Source of the DNA: Sedimentisphaerales bacterium
Lineage (GTDB): Bacteria > Planctomycetota > Phycisphaerae > Sedimentisphaerales > SM23-30
DNA: 64,000 nucleotides
Assembly (NCBI GenBank): GCA_963666285.1
Contig: OY762711.1
Direction: 5' to 3' (one strand)
The notes under the pieces were generated by a model, which ran no database searches, had not been told where the DNA came from, and worked only from the letters and a program-made list of their open reading frames with translations. How positions within the stretch are numbered: position 1 is the stretch's first letter; every line of letters starts with the position of its first letter. A program made the position numbers and the translations under genes. Below are positions 22,719 to 32,381 of the stretch, piece after piece.

Positions 22719-22943
22719 ATGTATCACATAACAGACCTGACAAGCTGGGCTCACCATCTGCATTTCCCAGGCCATGATGCTTTGGTATATGCAGAAAATC
22801 TGCTCAAAAGTAAAACATTTTGGGCTTTTGTCACTTTTATGACTATCATTATAGCCCTAAGCATCGTGGCAATATTTGCACCTACGGAAAATACCTTTAG
22901 GGCGTTTTCTCCATACAGCCCATACTACCCATATTATCCATGA
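22719..22943 (+). CDS. Small single-pass membrane protein of unknown function (74 aa)
   Basis: Strong AGGAGG RBS, ATG start, His-rich N-terminus, one hydrophobic helix (FWAFVTFMTIIIALSIVAIFA), tail SPYSPYYPYYP. Confidence 0.7.
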   Translation: MYHITDLTSWAHHLHFPGHDALVYAENLLKSKTFWAFVTFMTIIIALSIVAIFAPTENTFRAFSPYSPYYPYYP

Positions 22944-23061
22944 GAAGAAAGGAGTTCTCGGTAGTATCGAGCAGGTGTTTTTACTTGCCGCAAATGTTTT
23001 ACTTCAATCATTATGTATGACGGTATGCCTCCGGCAAACAGTCTCATAAAGACTGTATAAT

Positions 23062-23115
23062 AAAACCATGCAACTTATTAGCTCAAAGAAAGCTGGTACC
23101 TTGCATGGTTTTTTT
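23062..23115. terminator. Long hairpin, probably a bidirectional intrinsic terminator
   Basis: AAAACCATGCAA...TTGCATGGTTTTTTT with an inner TATTAGCT/AGCTGGTA stem. Confidence 0.75.
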
Positions 23116-23154
23116 ATTGTTTTTAGTTCTGTATATTCTTAAACTTATAGTTCT

Positions 23155-24309
23155 ATGAATACTAAGAAAAAAGTTTGTGTTTTAGGATCTACCGGCTCAA
23201 TTGGTGCAAACAGCATGGCAATTATTGAGCATCTTTCAGAAGAATTTGAAGTTACCGGCGTTAGCGCACACAGTCGCTGGCAAGACTTGGCTCAACAAGC
23301 GAGGCAATTTAACCTCAAAACCGTTGTTGTTACAAATCCGGACTTTGAAAATAATCTCAAAAATGAACTTGCAGATACCAATACGAAAGTCATAGCCGGT
23401 CCTGAAGGGATGGTGGAACTTGCTACCGACCCTGAATGTGACATCGTTATTGCTTCTGTTGTGGGTGCAGCTGGTTTACCGGCTGTTTTAGCTGCTGTCA
23501 ATGCCGGAAAAACTATTGCAGTGGCCAATAAAGAAGCACTGGTAGTAGCTGGCTGCTTGATTATGCCGCTATCTAAAAAAACTGGTGCTACCATTTTGCC
23601 TATTGACAGCGAACACTCGGCTATCCTGCAGTCAATGCACTCTGGCAGCCATGATGAGATCGAAAAAATCATAATTACTGCTTCCGGTGGTCCATTTAGA
23701 ACCTCTTCTCTGGAACAAATTAAAAATGCTACTCTTGAAGATGCCTTAAATCACCCGACATGGAACATGGGGCCTAAAATAACGATTGATTCTGCCACTA
23801 TGATGAATAAGGCATTAGAAGTTATTGAGGCCAAATGGCTCTTTGATATGCCGGCTGATAAAATTGAGGTTCTTGTCCATCCCGAATCTATCATACACTC
23901 TCTTGTGGAATTTTGCGATGGTTCTGTTATCGCTCAACTTTCTCCTCCTGATATGAAACTACCTATACAATATGCACTTACGTACCCAAGGAGACTCCCG
24001 TGTCCTACTAAAAGACTCAATCTTCATGAACTGGGGTCACTTAATTTCGAAGAACCGGATATCAGGAAATTCCCAGCTGTTAGACTTGGGTTCGAGGTTG
24101 CTTCTCGTGGCGGAACATGTGGTGCGGTCTTCAATGCTGCAAACGAAGCCGCTGTTAACCTTTTCCGCAACAGAGAAATCAGTTTTGTGCAAATTTCTAA
24201 TTTAACCGAATCTGCTTTACATAATCATTCCTTTGTCCAGAACCCGGACTTGGAACAGTTACTTGAAACTGACCGCTGGGCCCGCCATTTCGTAAATAAT
24301 AACTATTGA
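23155..24309 (+). CDS. dxr: 1-deoxy-D-xylulose-5-phosphate reductoisomerase
   Basis: LGSTGSIG, ANKE, PIDSEHSA, TASGGPF, HPTWNMGPKITIDSATMMNK. Confidence 0.98.
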   Translation: MNTKKKVCVLGSTGSIGANSMAIIEHLSEEFEVTGVSAHSRWQDLAQQARQFNLKTVVVTNPDFENNLKNELADTNTKVIAGPEGMVELATDPECDIVIASVVGAAGLPAVLAAVNAGKTIAVANKEALVVAGCLIMPLSKKTGATILPIDSEHSAILQSMHSGSHDEIEKIIITASGGPFRTSSLEQIKNATLEDALNHPTWNMGPKITIDSATMMNKALEVIEAKWLFDMPADKIEVLVHPESIIHSLVEFCDGSVIAQLSPPDMKLPIQYALTYPRRLPCPTKRLNLHELGSLNFEEPDIRKFPAVRLGFEVASRGGTCGAVFNAANEAAVNLFRNREISFVQISNLTESALHNHSFVQNPDLEQLLETDRWARHFVNNNY

Positions 24310-24534
24310 GATTATTTCGGCTTAATTAACATAACTTTTTTTACTTATATGGACCACAATGATCACTTTGTGCAAAATATTTTTCTTTTCATACTTAAAA
24401 TACTGGTCGATATACAATATAATCTGACCTTTTTCGTTGGTTATGCGTAAAATAAGTAACTTATTGTCGGATAACATGTAAAACAGATAAGTATTTGAAT
24501 AATCAATAACACTAAAAGGAAATATAATATTACA

Positions 24535-26727
24535 ATGAGTGAAAACAATAACTCGAATAATACTAGTGCTGAAACAAACAAAAAAAATCCAATATCAAGC
24601 CTGATAAATATCGCCATTCTGGCCGTTGCCATATATTACATTTGGCAAATGCCTATGATTCTTATGGTTATTGTCGGTTTCGGGGCAGTTGTTTTAATCC
24701 ATGAACTCGGTCATTTTATCGCCGCTAAATCTGTCGGTATCAGAGTAGAAGAATTTGCTATTGGAATGGGGGCTGTTCTAGCCGGACTCAGCAAACAGGA
24801 AAAAGGGCTGCAGCTAAGAGTTCTACCTACAATTATTTGTGACAGCAAGAGCAATCCAAAATTGGTATTTACCTTACCTTTTCTGGGCGGCAAAGGCGGT
24901 GAAACAGAATACCAGGTTAGGCTGCTTCCACTTGGCGGTTTCGTAAAAATGCTTGGCCAGGAAGATATGGGTGCTGATCAGGTTTCCGATGACCCAAGAA
25001 GTTTTGGCAATAAAGCTATATGGCAGAGAGCTATTGTTGTCTCTGCCGGGGTCTTTATGAACCTTGTTAGCGGTGCCATAGCGTTTATGGTCGTATTTGC
25101 CAATGGTGTTGAACTTTCTCCGGCTATTGTCGGTGAAACAATACCTGGTTCTCCTGCTGAACAGGCTGGATTAATTCCCGGAGATAAGGTTTTAAAAATA
25201 AATGGTGAAACCGGTTCTTTAATGAATTTTATGGATTTGACTATCGCTAGTGCTTTCACCAGTAAAGACGAGAAAGTTGTATTCAGTATTGAAAGAAAAG
25301 ATGGGACAACTAAAGATATAGAAATTTCGCCGAAAATGAACCAGGAAAAAGGGATGAAAATGCTTGGCATCGCCCCTCCTGAAACTCTGACTATTGATAC
25401 AATTAAAAGTAATACTGATGCCGGTATGAAGGCTATAAATAAATTAGCCAATCTTGGCTTTGAAGCCGGTGACACAATTACTCATGCAAACGGTCAGCCT
25501 ATATCTCTTTATGGCGAACTTAAACAGTTCTTCAAACAAAAACAGGATGGTGTTGCACCGGAACCTGTTACATTTAGTGTAGTTAAAGCTAACAATACTC
25601 CAACAGAAGCGGTAATTAAACCGAAACTTATCGGTTTTGACCCTGAAGCTGGTTTGCCTGACCTGTTCAATCTTTATGGCATGTCTCCTCGTATTTCTGT
25701 AACCTCAGTTCTGAAGGATTCTCCCGCTGAAACAGCTGAAATTAAAGAAGGAGATATTATTATTCGGGCAGGTTCGATCGGTTGGCCTACTGCCGAAGAT
25801 TTACGAGAAACATGTGAAGAATATGCTAACAAGGAAATGCCTGTCACGGTCATTAGAAATGAAAGTGACGGTAGTATCAAAGAAGTTGAGATAAAGGTGA
25901 TACCGAAGCGTAAATTCTCTTTTGTTAATATCCTCAAAATGAAAAGCTCACCGGCTATGATCGGCATTTCTATGGGAACGGATCTATCTGAAACCGTTGT
26001 AGCAAACAGTGTTGAATGGATAGATGAAGAGACCAGTGTAGATTCCAAACTGCCAACCGATACTACCGCTATGCCTAGAGGTGCGAAGATAGTAAAAGTC
26101 AATGGTACCGATATCGCAAGCTGGCAGGATATTTACATTCAAATGCAGCTTGCCAGAAATTCCAAATGCGAAATTGCTTTTATCGCTCCGGGAAGCCAGG
26201 AAATTCAAACTATTGATGTTTTCATCCCGCAGACTAATAAATGGGAAACCGTTACCTGGCAGCCGGATTTTGGTGATTTCCAGCAATTACCGGTTAAAAA
26301 ACTGGAGGAAATGTTCAAAGGCGAATCTATGGCACAAAGCTTTAGCATGGGTATCGATGCTACAAATGGGTTCTTAACCCAGACATATATGACAATTAAA
26401 GGCATGCTTACCGGCAGTGTCAATATGAAGGCTGCCAGCGGACCTATCGGTATTCTTGGCATGAGTTACACTATTGCCTCAACCAAACCGCTTGAATATT
26501 ACGTTTACATGATGGCAATGCTCAGTGTTTGTATCGCTGTTTTCAATTTCCTGCCATTACCAATCCTTGATGGTGGTTTGATGGTGCTTTTAGTCGTTGA
26601 AAAATTCATGGGCAGACCTCTTTCTATGAAAACCCAGGAAATTATCAATTACATTGGACTGGCACTCATTTTGACGCTCTTTATATCTGTCACATATAAC
26701 GATTTACTGAGAGTTTTAGGCGGCTAA
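24535..26727 (+). CDS. rseP: RseP/RIP M50 intramembrane metalloprotease with multiple PDZ domains
   Basis: HELGH, PLGGFVKM, FNFLPLPILDGG; three to four PDZ-like repeats; follows dxr. Confidence 0.93.
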   Translation: MSENNNSNNTSAETNKKNPISSLINIAILAVAIYYIWQMPMILMVIVGFGAVVLIHELGHFIAAKSVGIRVEEFAIGMGAVLAGLSKQEKGLQLRVLPTIICDSKSNPKLVFTLPFLGGKGGETEYQVRLLPLGGFVKMLGQEDMGADQVSDDPRSFGNKAIWQRAIVVSAGVFMNLVSGAIAFMVVFANGVELSPAIVGETIPGSPAEQAGLIPGDKVLKINGETGSLMNFMDLTIASAFTSKDEKVVFSIERKDGTTKDIEISPKMNQEKGMKMLGIAPPETLTIDTIKSNTDAGMKAINKLANLGFEAGDTITHANGQPISLYGELKQFFKQKQDGVAPEPVTFSVVKANNTPTEAVIKPKLIGFDPEAGLPDLFNLYGMSPRISVTSVLKDSPAETAEIKEGDIIIRAGSIGWPTAEDLRETCEEYANKEMPVTVIRNESDGSIKEVEIKVIPKRKFSFVNILKMKSSPAMIGISMGTDLSETVVANSVEWIDEETSVDSKLPTDTTAMPRGAKIVKVNGTDIASWQDIYIQMQLARNSKCEIAFIAPGSQEIQTIDVFIPQTNKWETVTWQPDFGDFQQLPVKKLEEMFKGESMAQSFSMGIDATNGFLTQTYMTIKGMLTGSVNMKAASGPIGILGMSYTIASTKPLEYYVYMMAMLSVCIAVFNFLPLPILDGGLMVLLVVEKFMGRPLSMKTQEIINYIGLALILTLFISVTYNDLLRVLGG

Positions 26728-26847
26728 TATCCTTTTAACTCCTATATCTGGACTCGCCAAACAACATATTTTATAAGTGACAGCAAAATAGTAAGTTACA
26801 ACTGTACCGCTATTGCATTGCATTCAGCCTTTTGCCTCAATAACCAA

Positions 26848-26876
26848 TTGACACATCTATTGTCTTCTGGTATTAT
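26848..26876 (+). promoter_or_regulatory. Sigma70-type promoter
   Basis: TTGACA-17 bp-TATTAT upstream of the lipoprotein gene. Confidence 0.6.
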
Positions 26877-26981
26877 ATTCTATTTGAGTATTTTCGTTGC
26901 ATTACGGCACAATGGCAGGCCCAGCTGCTTGTTCAACCAGCCTACCAACCTTATACACACCTGAGATCAGGAAATATTGAA

Positions 26982-28742
26982 ATGACCAGAAAAACTATCC
27001 AATTATTATCTACTTTGTTTACCTGCGTTATACTTGCGGTTTGTATCTCTGGATGCGATAAATCTGAACCGGATAAAGCTGCAGATCAGGCTAAAGATGC
27101 TATCTCAAAAAGTAACAGAATGATCAAAGCTAGCTCGGATAAAGCGGCTTTGAACCAGCAGGAAATGGACAAAATTAAAAATATCCCGGCTGCTGGCAGT
27201 GATGCTGTATTAAATCAACAAAGAAAAAAGATTGCTGAAGACGTTACTAATCGTATTACTAATGCAGTTGGTCTGTTCCCATTTGATGATCTTAACGCTA
27301 AAATGGAAGAACTTAAAAATGCTCCTATAAATTCCGATCAGGACTTTGAAAACGTCTGTAACGGCATGATTGGCGTTACCAACCAGATTATCGAATATTC
27401 AAACTCTTACACTAAAGCTCTTAATGAAATCAGCGGCAATAAACTCGACGCCGCCCTCGCTGAATTGAGTAAAGCGAACAACTCTATCAACAAAAGTCCT
27501 ACCGAACAAGGCAGAAGAAACAGCTTAAAGAACGCATCTAACCTGGCACTTACATCGATATATCTTACTAAAGCTAGAGATATCAAGGCCAGACTGGCCC
27601 TCAGCGATACTGACATACACCCTCTGCTATTAAAAACAAACACCCTCATTCATGAAGTTAGAAAATGTAATGTGGATGTTACCGCTGCTAAATCTTCCAA
27701 GCCTGATAAAGCCATTGATGGATTGAAAGAGCAGCTTACCGCTGCAAAACAACAGTTGAGCGGACTGACTGATAAAATCTCCAAAAGCCAGTCTGAATAC
27801 CAGTCAATGGAAGCTGAATATAATCAATATATGAAAAAGGCTAAAGAGTTTAGAGATAAATATCTAGAAATTCGTAACCAGGCTGACAACGCTGAAGGTA
27901 GTGAAAAATATAAACTCCAAATGGAAGCTACCGTGCAGCGTGTTGGATCTGATAATATGAAAAACTGGGCCATGGACTGGATCAAACAGGGAAAAGACTC
28001 TGAAATGGAATCTTTCATTAACAGTAGTGCTGAAATAACCGGCGGAATTCATTACGAAACAAAGGCCGAACTCGTCAAACTCAAGATGGACAGCCTCAAA
28101 ACTCAAATTGACTATTTCACTTCACTGGGAAACAATACTGATAATAGAATAATTCAGCTGGAAAATGTTATCAATAAGCTCGAAACTTCTCCTGAAACCA
28201 CTACTGAAATAGCCTCCAGGATTTCTGATGCTGAAACCAGAAAGCAATCTATTATTACTAACATAAATACCGCAATTGAAGAACTCAAGACATTCGAAGC
28301 TTCACACGCTGCCGCGGTACAGGAAGCTATTGAACTTTATGAAAATGCTAAATCAAGCCTGGAACAATACACTGGAATGGCGCGAAGCTTTGGCGAATTC
28401 GATCCTAAGGAAATTGACAACATTCTTCTAAGAGAAATCCAAAAGCTTTGGGAGCTTGATGTTGACTTCTATAATTCTTCCATTGGAATACTTGACAGCA
28501 TCAAAACCCTGCCTGAAATGTCTGACGCTGTTGTTACTATCAGCGACAGTTTCACCCAGAAAGCTTCAGCCTCTCAAAAGGCCTCTGAAGACTTACTTCA
28601 GATACAGGTTGATAATGTAAACGCTGATATGCCTGACGCTATGGAAACTGAAGACACCATAGAAACAGAAGATACAATGGACTTAAACGAAGAAACTACC
28701 GATCCTCAGCCGGAAGATACTACAGCTGACGACAATATGTAA
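26982..28742 (+). CDS. Hypothetical coiled-coil lipoprotein with an acidic tail
   Basis: Lipobox ISG-C at aa 22-25; long heptad-rich helical body; D/E/T-rich C-terminus with METEDT-IETEDT. Confidence 0.75.
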   Translation: MTRKTIQLLSTLFTCVILAVCISGCDKSEPDKAADQAKDAISKSNRMIKASSDKAALNQQEMDKIKNIPAAGSDAVLNQQRKKIAEDVTNRITNAVGLFPFDDLNAKMEELKNAPINSDQDFENVCNGMIGVTNQIIEYSNSYTKALNEISGNKLDAALAELSKANNSINKSPTEQGRRNSLKNASNLALTSIYLTKARDIKARLALSDTDIHPLLLKTNTLIHEVRKCNVDVTAAKSSKPDKAIDGLKEQLTAAKQQLSGLTDKISKSQSEYQSMEAEYNQYMKKAKEFRDKYLEIRNQADNAEGSEKYKLQMEATVQRVGSDNMKNWAMDWIKQGKDSEMESFINSSAEITGGIHYETKAELVKLKMDSLKTQIDYFTSLGNNTDNRIIQLENVINKLETSPETTTEIASRISDAETRKQSIITNINTAIEELKTFEASHAAAVQEAIELYENAKSSLEQYTGMARSFGEFDPKEIDNILLREIQKLWELDVDFYNSSIGILDSIKTLPEMSDAVVTISDSFTQKASASQKASEDLLQIQVDNVNADMPDAMETEDTIETEDTMDLNEETTDPQPEDTTADDNM

Positions 28743-28776
28743 CTTTCTATTTTGGCGATAGCTCCAGGTTGAAATT

Positions 28777-29373
28777 GTGAGGAGTGCAAAAAATAAGATT
28801 TTATCAAACAGAGCTCGCCAAATTATTTTTTGGTTGAGCTTTCTTTTTTTTATTTTAGCAGTTTTTACCCAATACAGCATGTATAACAGAAATTCGACAA
28901 ACGACTGGGATACCTACCACAACAACAGGTTCATTGTCAATCAGGTCAACGATGGTGATACTATCTATCTGGACTTGTATGACAGTATAGCATGTCGTTC
29001 TAAAACCAGGGTAAGACTAATCGGTGTCGATACTCCGGAACTTGCTTCTGATAGATCTCCTGCTATGCCCTACGCTGAAAAAGCCAGGGATTACGTTACT
29101 CAGCTCTGCCTGAACAGGGAGGTTATCATAAAGCTGGAACCTAACCGCAGTTGCCACAGGGACAAGTACAAACGCCTGTTGGCATATATCTACCTTACCG
29201 AAGACAGCATGCTCAACGAAAAGCTCATACGCGAAGGTTATGGTTGGGCTGACATACGGCACGAACATTTATACGACAAAAGATTTGAAAAACTTTACAA
29301 GATAGCCAGGAAAAACAAAATCGGGCTTTGGGACCTGGCCGACCCTCAACTGCCAGGCTACCTTGAAGAATAA
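28777..29373 (+). CDS. Thermonuclease (SNase) family protein, membrane anchored
   Basis: N-terminal TM; DGDT, VRLIGVDTPE, DKYKRLLAYIY, GLW. Confidence 0.9.
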   Translation: MRSAKNKILSNRARQIIFWLSFLFFILAVFTQYSMYNRNSTNDWDTYHNNRFIVNQVNDGDTIYLDLYDSIACRSKTRVRLIGVDTPELASDRSPAMPYAEKARDYVTQLCLNREVIIKLEPNRSCHRDKYKRLLAYIYLTEDSMLNEKLIREGYGWADIRHEHLYDKRFEKLYKIARKNKIGLWDLADPQLPGYLEE

Positions 29374-29393
29374 ACAAACAAAATAGCTACAAT

Positions 29394-31184
29394 ATGAATA
29401 ATCTATCTGATATTATCTCTCACAAACTCCTTCCTAAAGTCAGTAACCCGGCCCAGTATATCGGCGGCGAAGTCAATCAGATTCGCAAAGATTGGGATAA
29501 TTGCGATGTTAAAGTCGCTTTAGCCTTCCCGGATGTATACTCTATGGGCATGTCCAACATTGGCTTTTCAATCCTGTACCATGCCATTAACCTGCTTGAC
29601 AATACCCTTGCTGAACGTACCTATTGTCCCTGGTTTGATGCCGGAGACATCATGAAACAACTGGGCATCCCACTTTTCTCCTGGGAAAATCGTATGCCCG
29701 TCAATGACTTTGACTTCGTTGGCATTACCATGCAGCATGAGCTCAGCTACAGCAATATTTTGTACTTGCTCGACCTGGCACAGATTCCATTTCGTGCCGA
29801 AAACAGAAATGACAATAACCCAATTATCATTGGCGGCGGACCTATTGCTGATTGCTGTGAGCCGGTAGCAGATTTCTTTGACTGTATCCTGCTCGGTGAC
29901 GGAGAAGAAGTTTTCCCTCAGGTTATCGAACATTATCGTCAATGCAAAAAGAATAATCTCACCAGGAAAGACATACTTCTTTCCATAGCACAAAACTTTG
30001 ATACTGTTTACGTACCTCAATTTTACAAGTTCGAGTACGCAGAAGATAACACAATCTCTTCCAGAACCGTTACCGAAAAAGGCGTACCGGAAATCATCAA
30101 TCGAGCCTGTGTGTACGATATGGACTCTGCCCCGTACCCTATCGCCCCGCTGGTAGCTAATACCGATACCCCTCATGACCGCATTGCCCTTGAAATCATG
30201 CGAGGCTGTCCTTGTCGATGTGCCTTTTGCCACGCCGGCCACACCAAGGGTAACCTCCGATCAAGAAGCATAGACAGTCTTCTGAACATTGCTTCCGAAA
30301 GCTACACTAACACTGGTCACGATACTGTTTCACTACTCAGTCTTTCCAGCAGCGACTATCCAAATCTTCACAAGCTGGCAGAACAAATGTACGATCAGTT
30401 TGAAGGCCGTAACCTTAGCATCTCTCTGCCCTCTCTGCGAGTTGACAAACAGCTCCATGAACTGCCTGCCAAAATTACAAAAACTCGCAAGGAAGGACTC
30501 ACCATCGCCGTCGAAACCGCCTCTGATACTATGCGTAAGGCCATCGGGAAAAAAGTTACCGACAGCGATCTTGAAGAAACCATGATTGAAGCCTACAAGG
30601 CCGGCTTCCTGAAAGTTAAACTATATTTTATGATCGGATTCCCCGGCGAAACCGAAGAAGATCTGCTAGGTATTGTAAAACTGGCCTCTCGTATTTCATA
30701 CCTGCGCAGACAGGTCCACGGCACTCCCGCTTCTGTTACCGCTTCTGTTTCATGGTTGGTACCCAAACCGCATACACCATTTGCCTGGGCTGCTCAACAG
30801 AACTTCGATTATTTCATGAACGCCAGGCGACTTCTCATCGACCAATGCAAAAAACTCAGAAAAGTCAGCGTGAGAGTCAAATTCCATTATATGGAACGAT
30901 CCATTCTCGAAACTATCCTCTCTCGTGGAGATAGAAGGATCAGCTACGCAATTGAGGAAGCATACAAACTCGGTGCAAAATTTGATTGCTGGGACGAAGG
31001 CTTCGAATATGACCGCTACCTGCAGGCCTTTGACAAGTTTAATATATCGCCGGATTTCTACACCGAAAGAGAAAGAACTGTCGATGAAATACAGCCTTGG
31101 TACCATCTTGGTAATGACAGTCTTGATTCCCTGTACAAAAGATATCGCAGGATAATGGAAACTATCGGCCAACAGTCCGAATAA
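29394..31184 (+). CDS. B12-binding-domain radical SAM protein (TIGR03960-like)
   Basis: PAQYIGGEVN, FPDVYSMGMSN, EIMRGCPCRCAFC (CxxxCxxC), SLPSLR, PKPHTPF. Confidence 0.88.
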   Translation: MNNLSDIISHKLLPKVSNPAQYIGGEVNQIRKDWDNCDVKVALAFPDVYSMGMSNIGFSILYHAINLLDNTLAERTYCPWFDAGDIMKQLGIPLFSWENRMPVNDFDFVGITMQHELSYSNILYLLDLAQIPFRAENRNDNNPIIIGGGPIADCCEPVADFFDCILLGDGEEVFPQVIEHYRQCKKNNLTRKDILLSIAQNFDTVYVPQFYKFEYAEDNTISSRTVTEKGVPEIINRACVYDMDSAPYPIAPLVANTDTPHDRIALEIMRGCPCRCAFCHAGHTKGNLRSRSIDSLLNIASESYTNTGHDTVSLLSLSSSDYPNLHKLAEQMYDQFEGRNLSISLPSLRVDKQLHELPAKITKTRKEGLTIAVETASDTMRKAIGKKVTDSDLEETMIEAYKAGFLKVKLYFMIGFPGETEEDLLGIVKLASRISYLRRQVHGTPASVTASVSWLVPKPHTPFAWAAQQNFDYFMNARRLLIDQCKKLRKVSVRVKFHYMERSILETILSRGDRRISYAIEEAYKLGAKFDCWDEGFEYDRYLQAFDKFNISPDFYTERERTVDEIQPWYHLGNDSLDSLYKRYRRIMETIGQQSE

Positions 31185-31449
31185 CTTATCCATTATACGT
31201 TTTATAGTACCCTGCTTATATGTATTGATAAATATACTATCCTGTCAGCTGTTTGGCCGGACCATACACATCTCGTTGTCAAACCAGTACTTAAAAACTG
31301 CCTGCTGCCTTTAATGCCGGTCTGTCTCCCAATCTCAATCTCCAGTTTTATACGATTGCCATTCCTCCTCGCTTATTATATGCCTGTTTTCAACCGAAAA
31401 CACTTAATGAATAATGAAAATGATAATCTTATTATAACGGAGATACATA

Positions 31450-31854
31450 ATGGCTTTTATAACATGGAACGATTCCTATTCTGTCGGTGTTTCATCTATT
31501 GACAATCAGCACAAGAAACTCTGTGATCTGGTTAACCAGCTGCACGACGCTATGGGAGCTGGTAAAGGTACCGATATTGTTGGCAGTATTATCGCCGAAA
31601 CGGTTAAATACACACAGCAGCATTTCGCCTATGAAGAAAATTACATGAAAAGCATTAACTACCCATTACTTAGTCAACATAAATTACTTCATCAGAAATT
31701 AATCGCTGAAGTTGCTGATTTACAAAAAAAAGTAACTAACAAAGAACGGATTAACGTAATTGCTACCTGTCAATTTCTAAAAGACTGGCTTACCAGCCAT
31801 ATCCTGAAAGAAGACAAAAAGTATTCTCAAAACCGACAACCTGCTTCTGTCTAA
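31450..31854 (+). CDS. Bacteriohemerythrin
   Basis: W..YSVGV..IDNQHK, HFAYEE, HKLLH and WLTSHILKEDKKY di-iron ligand pattern; GGAG RBS. Confidence 0.93.
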   Translation: MAFITWNDSYSVGVSSIDNQHKKLCDLVNQLHDAMGAGKGTDIVGSIIAETVKYTQQHFAYEENYMKSINYPLLSQHKLLHQKLIAEVADLQKKVTNKERINVIATCQFLKDWLTSHILKEDKKYSQNRQPASV

Positions 31855-31889
31855 TCAGAAATTGTCATACTAAGAAAATGGGCTAATAT

Positions 31890-32192
31890 ATGGGTGCTGG
31901 TAAAGGTAGTGATGTATTTGCTTCAATACCGGTAAATTGCTGCAATACACAAAAGAACACTTCAAATTTGAAGATCAAATGTTGCAGCAAATGAACTATC
32001 CAAAACTTAACGATCACCACAAAGTACACAAATACCTTACAGACCAGGTAGCTCAAATTTATAATATGCTCAAAGCCGGCGAAAAACTCAACCCGATGCT
32101 ATTATCAGATTTCTTGAAAGACTGGGCTTGAAAATCTTATCTTAAAAATTGATATGCATTATGCTAAGTTCAATCAAGGCGTACTTGTATAA
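31890..32192 (+). pseudogene. Decayed tandem hemerythrin paralog
   Basis: MGAGKGSDVFASI (31890), frameshift near 31928, then GKLLQYTKEHFKFED...FLKDW, an extra G near 32126, then LENLILKIDMHYAKFNQGVLV*. The N-terminal ~35 aa are missing and the last His ligand is replaced by Leu. Confidence 0.85.
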
Positions 32193-32206
32193 TTATTTTT
32201 TCTCCA

Positions 32207-32256
32207 ATAATACCTGGTACCTCTCAAACTGACCACCGGTCAGTTTAAGTTATTTA
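32207..32256 (+). repeat. Composite palindromic repeat, copy 1
   Basis: Two 7-mers (ATAATAC CTGGTAC), then CT-CTCAAACTGACC-ACC-GGTCAGTTTAAG-TTATTTA (core 32223-32249). Confidence 0.9.
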
Positions 32257-32257
32257 A

Positions 32258-32380
32258 CAGATACAGTTACGATGGACTTTCACCATAACAGCCTTTCTTA
32301 TTTGCATTCTGTTACATAATGTTGCATAATTATATTGTGTTATTTTCTGACAATCACTAACAACTGACTGATAACTGTAC
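32258..32380 (+). promoter_or_regulatory. Promoter and candidate autoregulatory sites of the MocR gene
   Basis: TTGCAT-17-CATAAT (32302-32330); related half-sites CAGATACAGTTA (32258-32269), CATAACAG, CTGTTAC and inverted TAACTGTA (32372-32379). Confidence 0.45.
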
Positions 32381-32381
32381 T

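Noticed and set aside
29568..30242. 224-aa antisense ORF
   Set aside because: Shadow of the radical SAM gene; no recognisable features.
31937..32131. 64-aa ORF as an independent small gene
   Set aside because: It is the middle fragment of the hemerythrin pseudogene.
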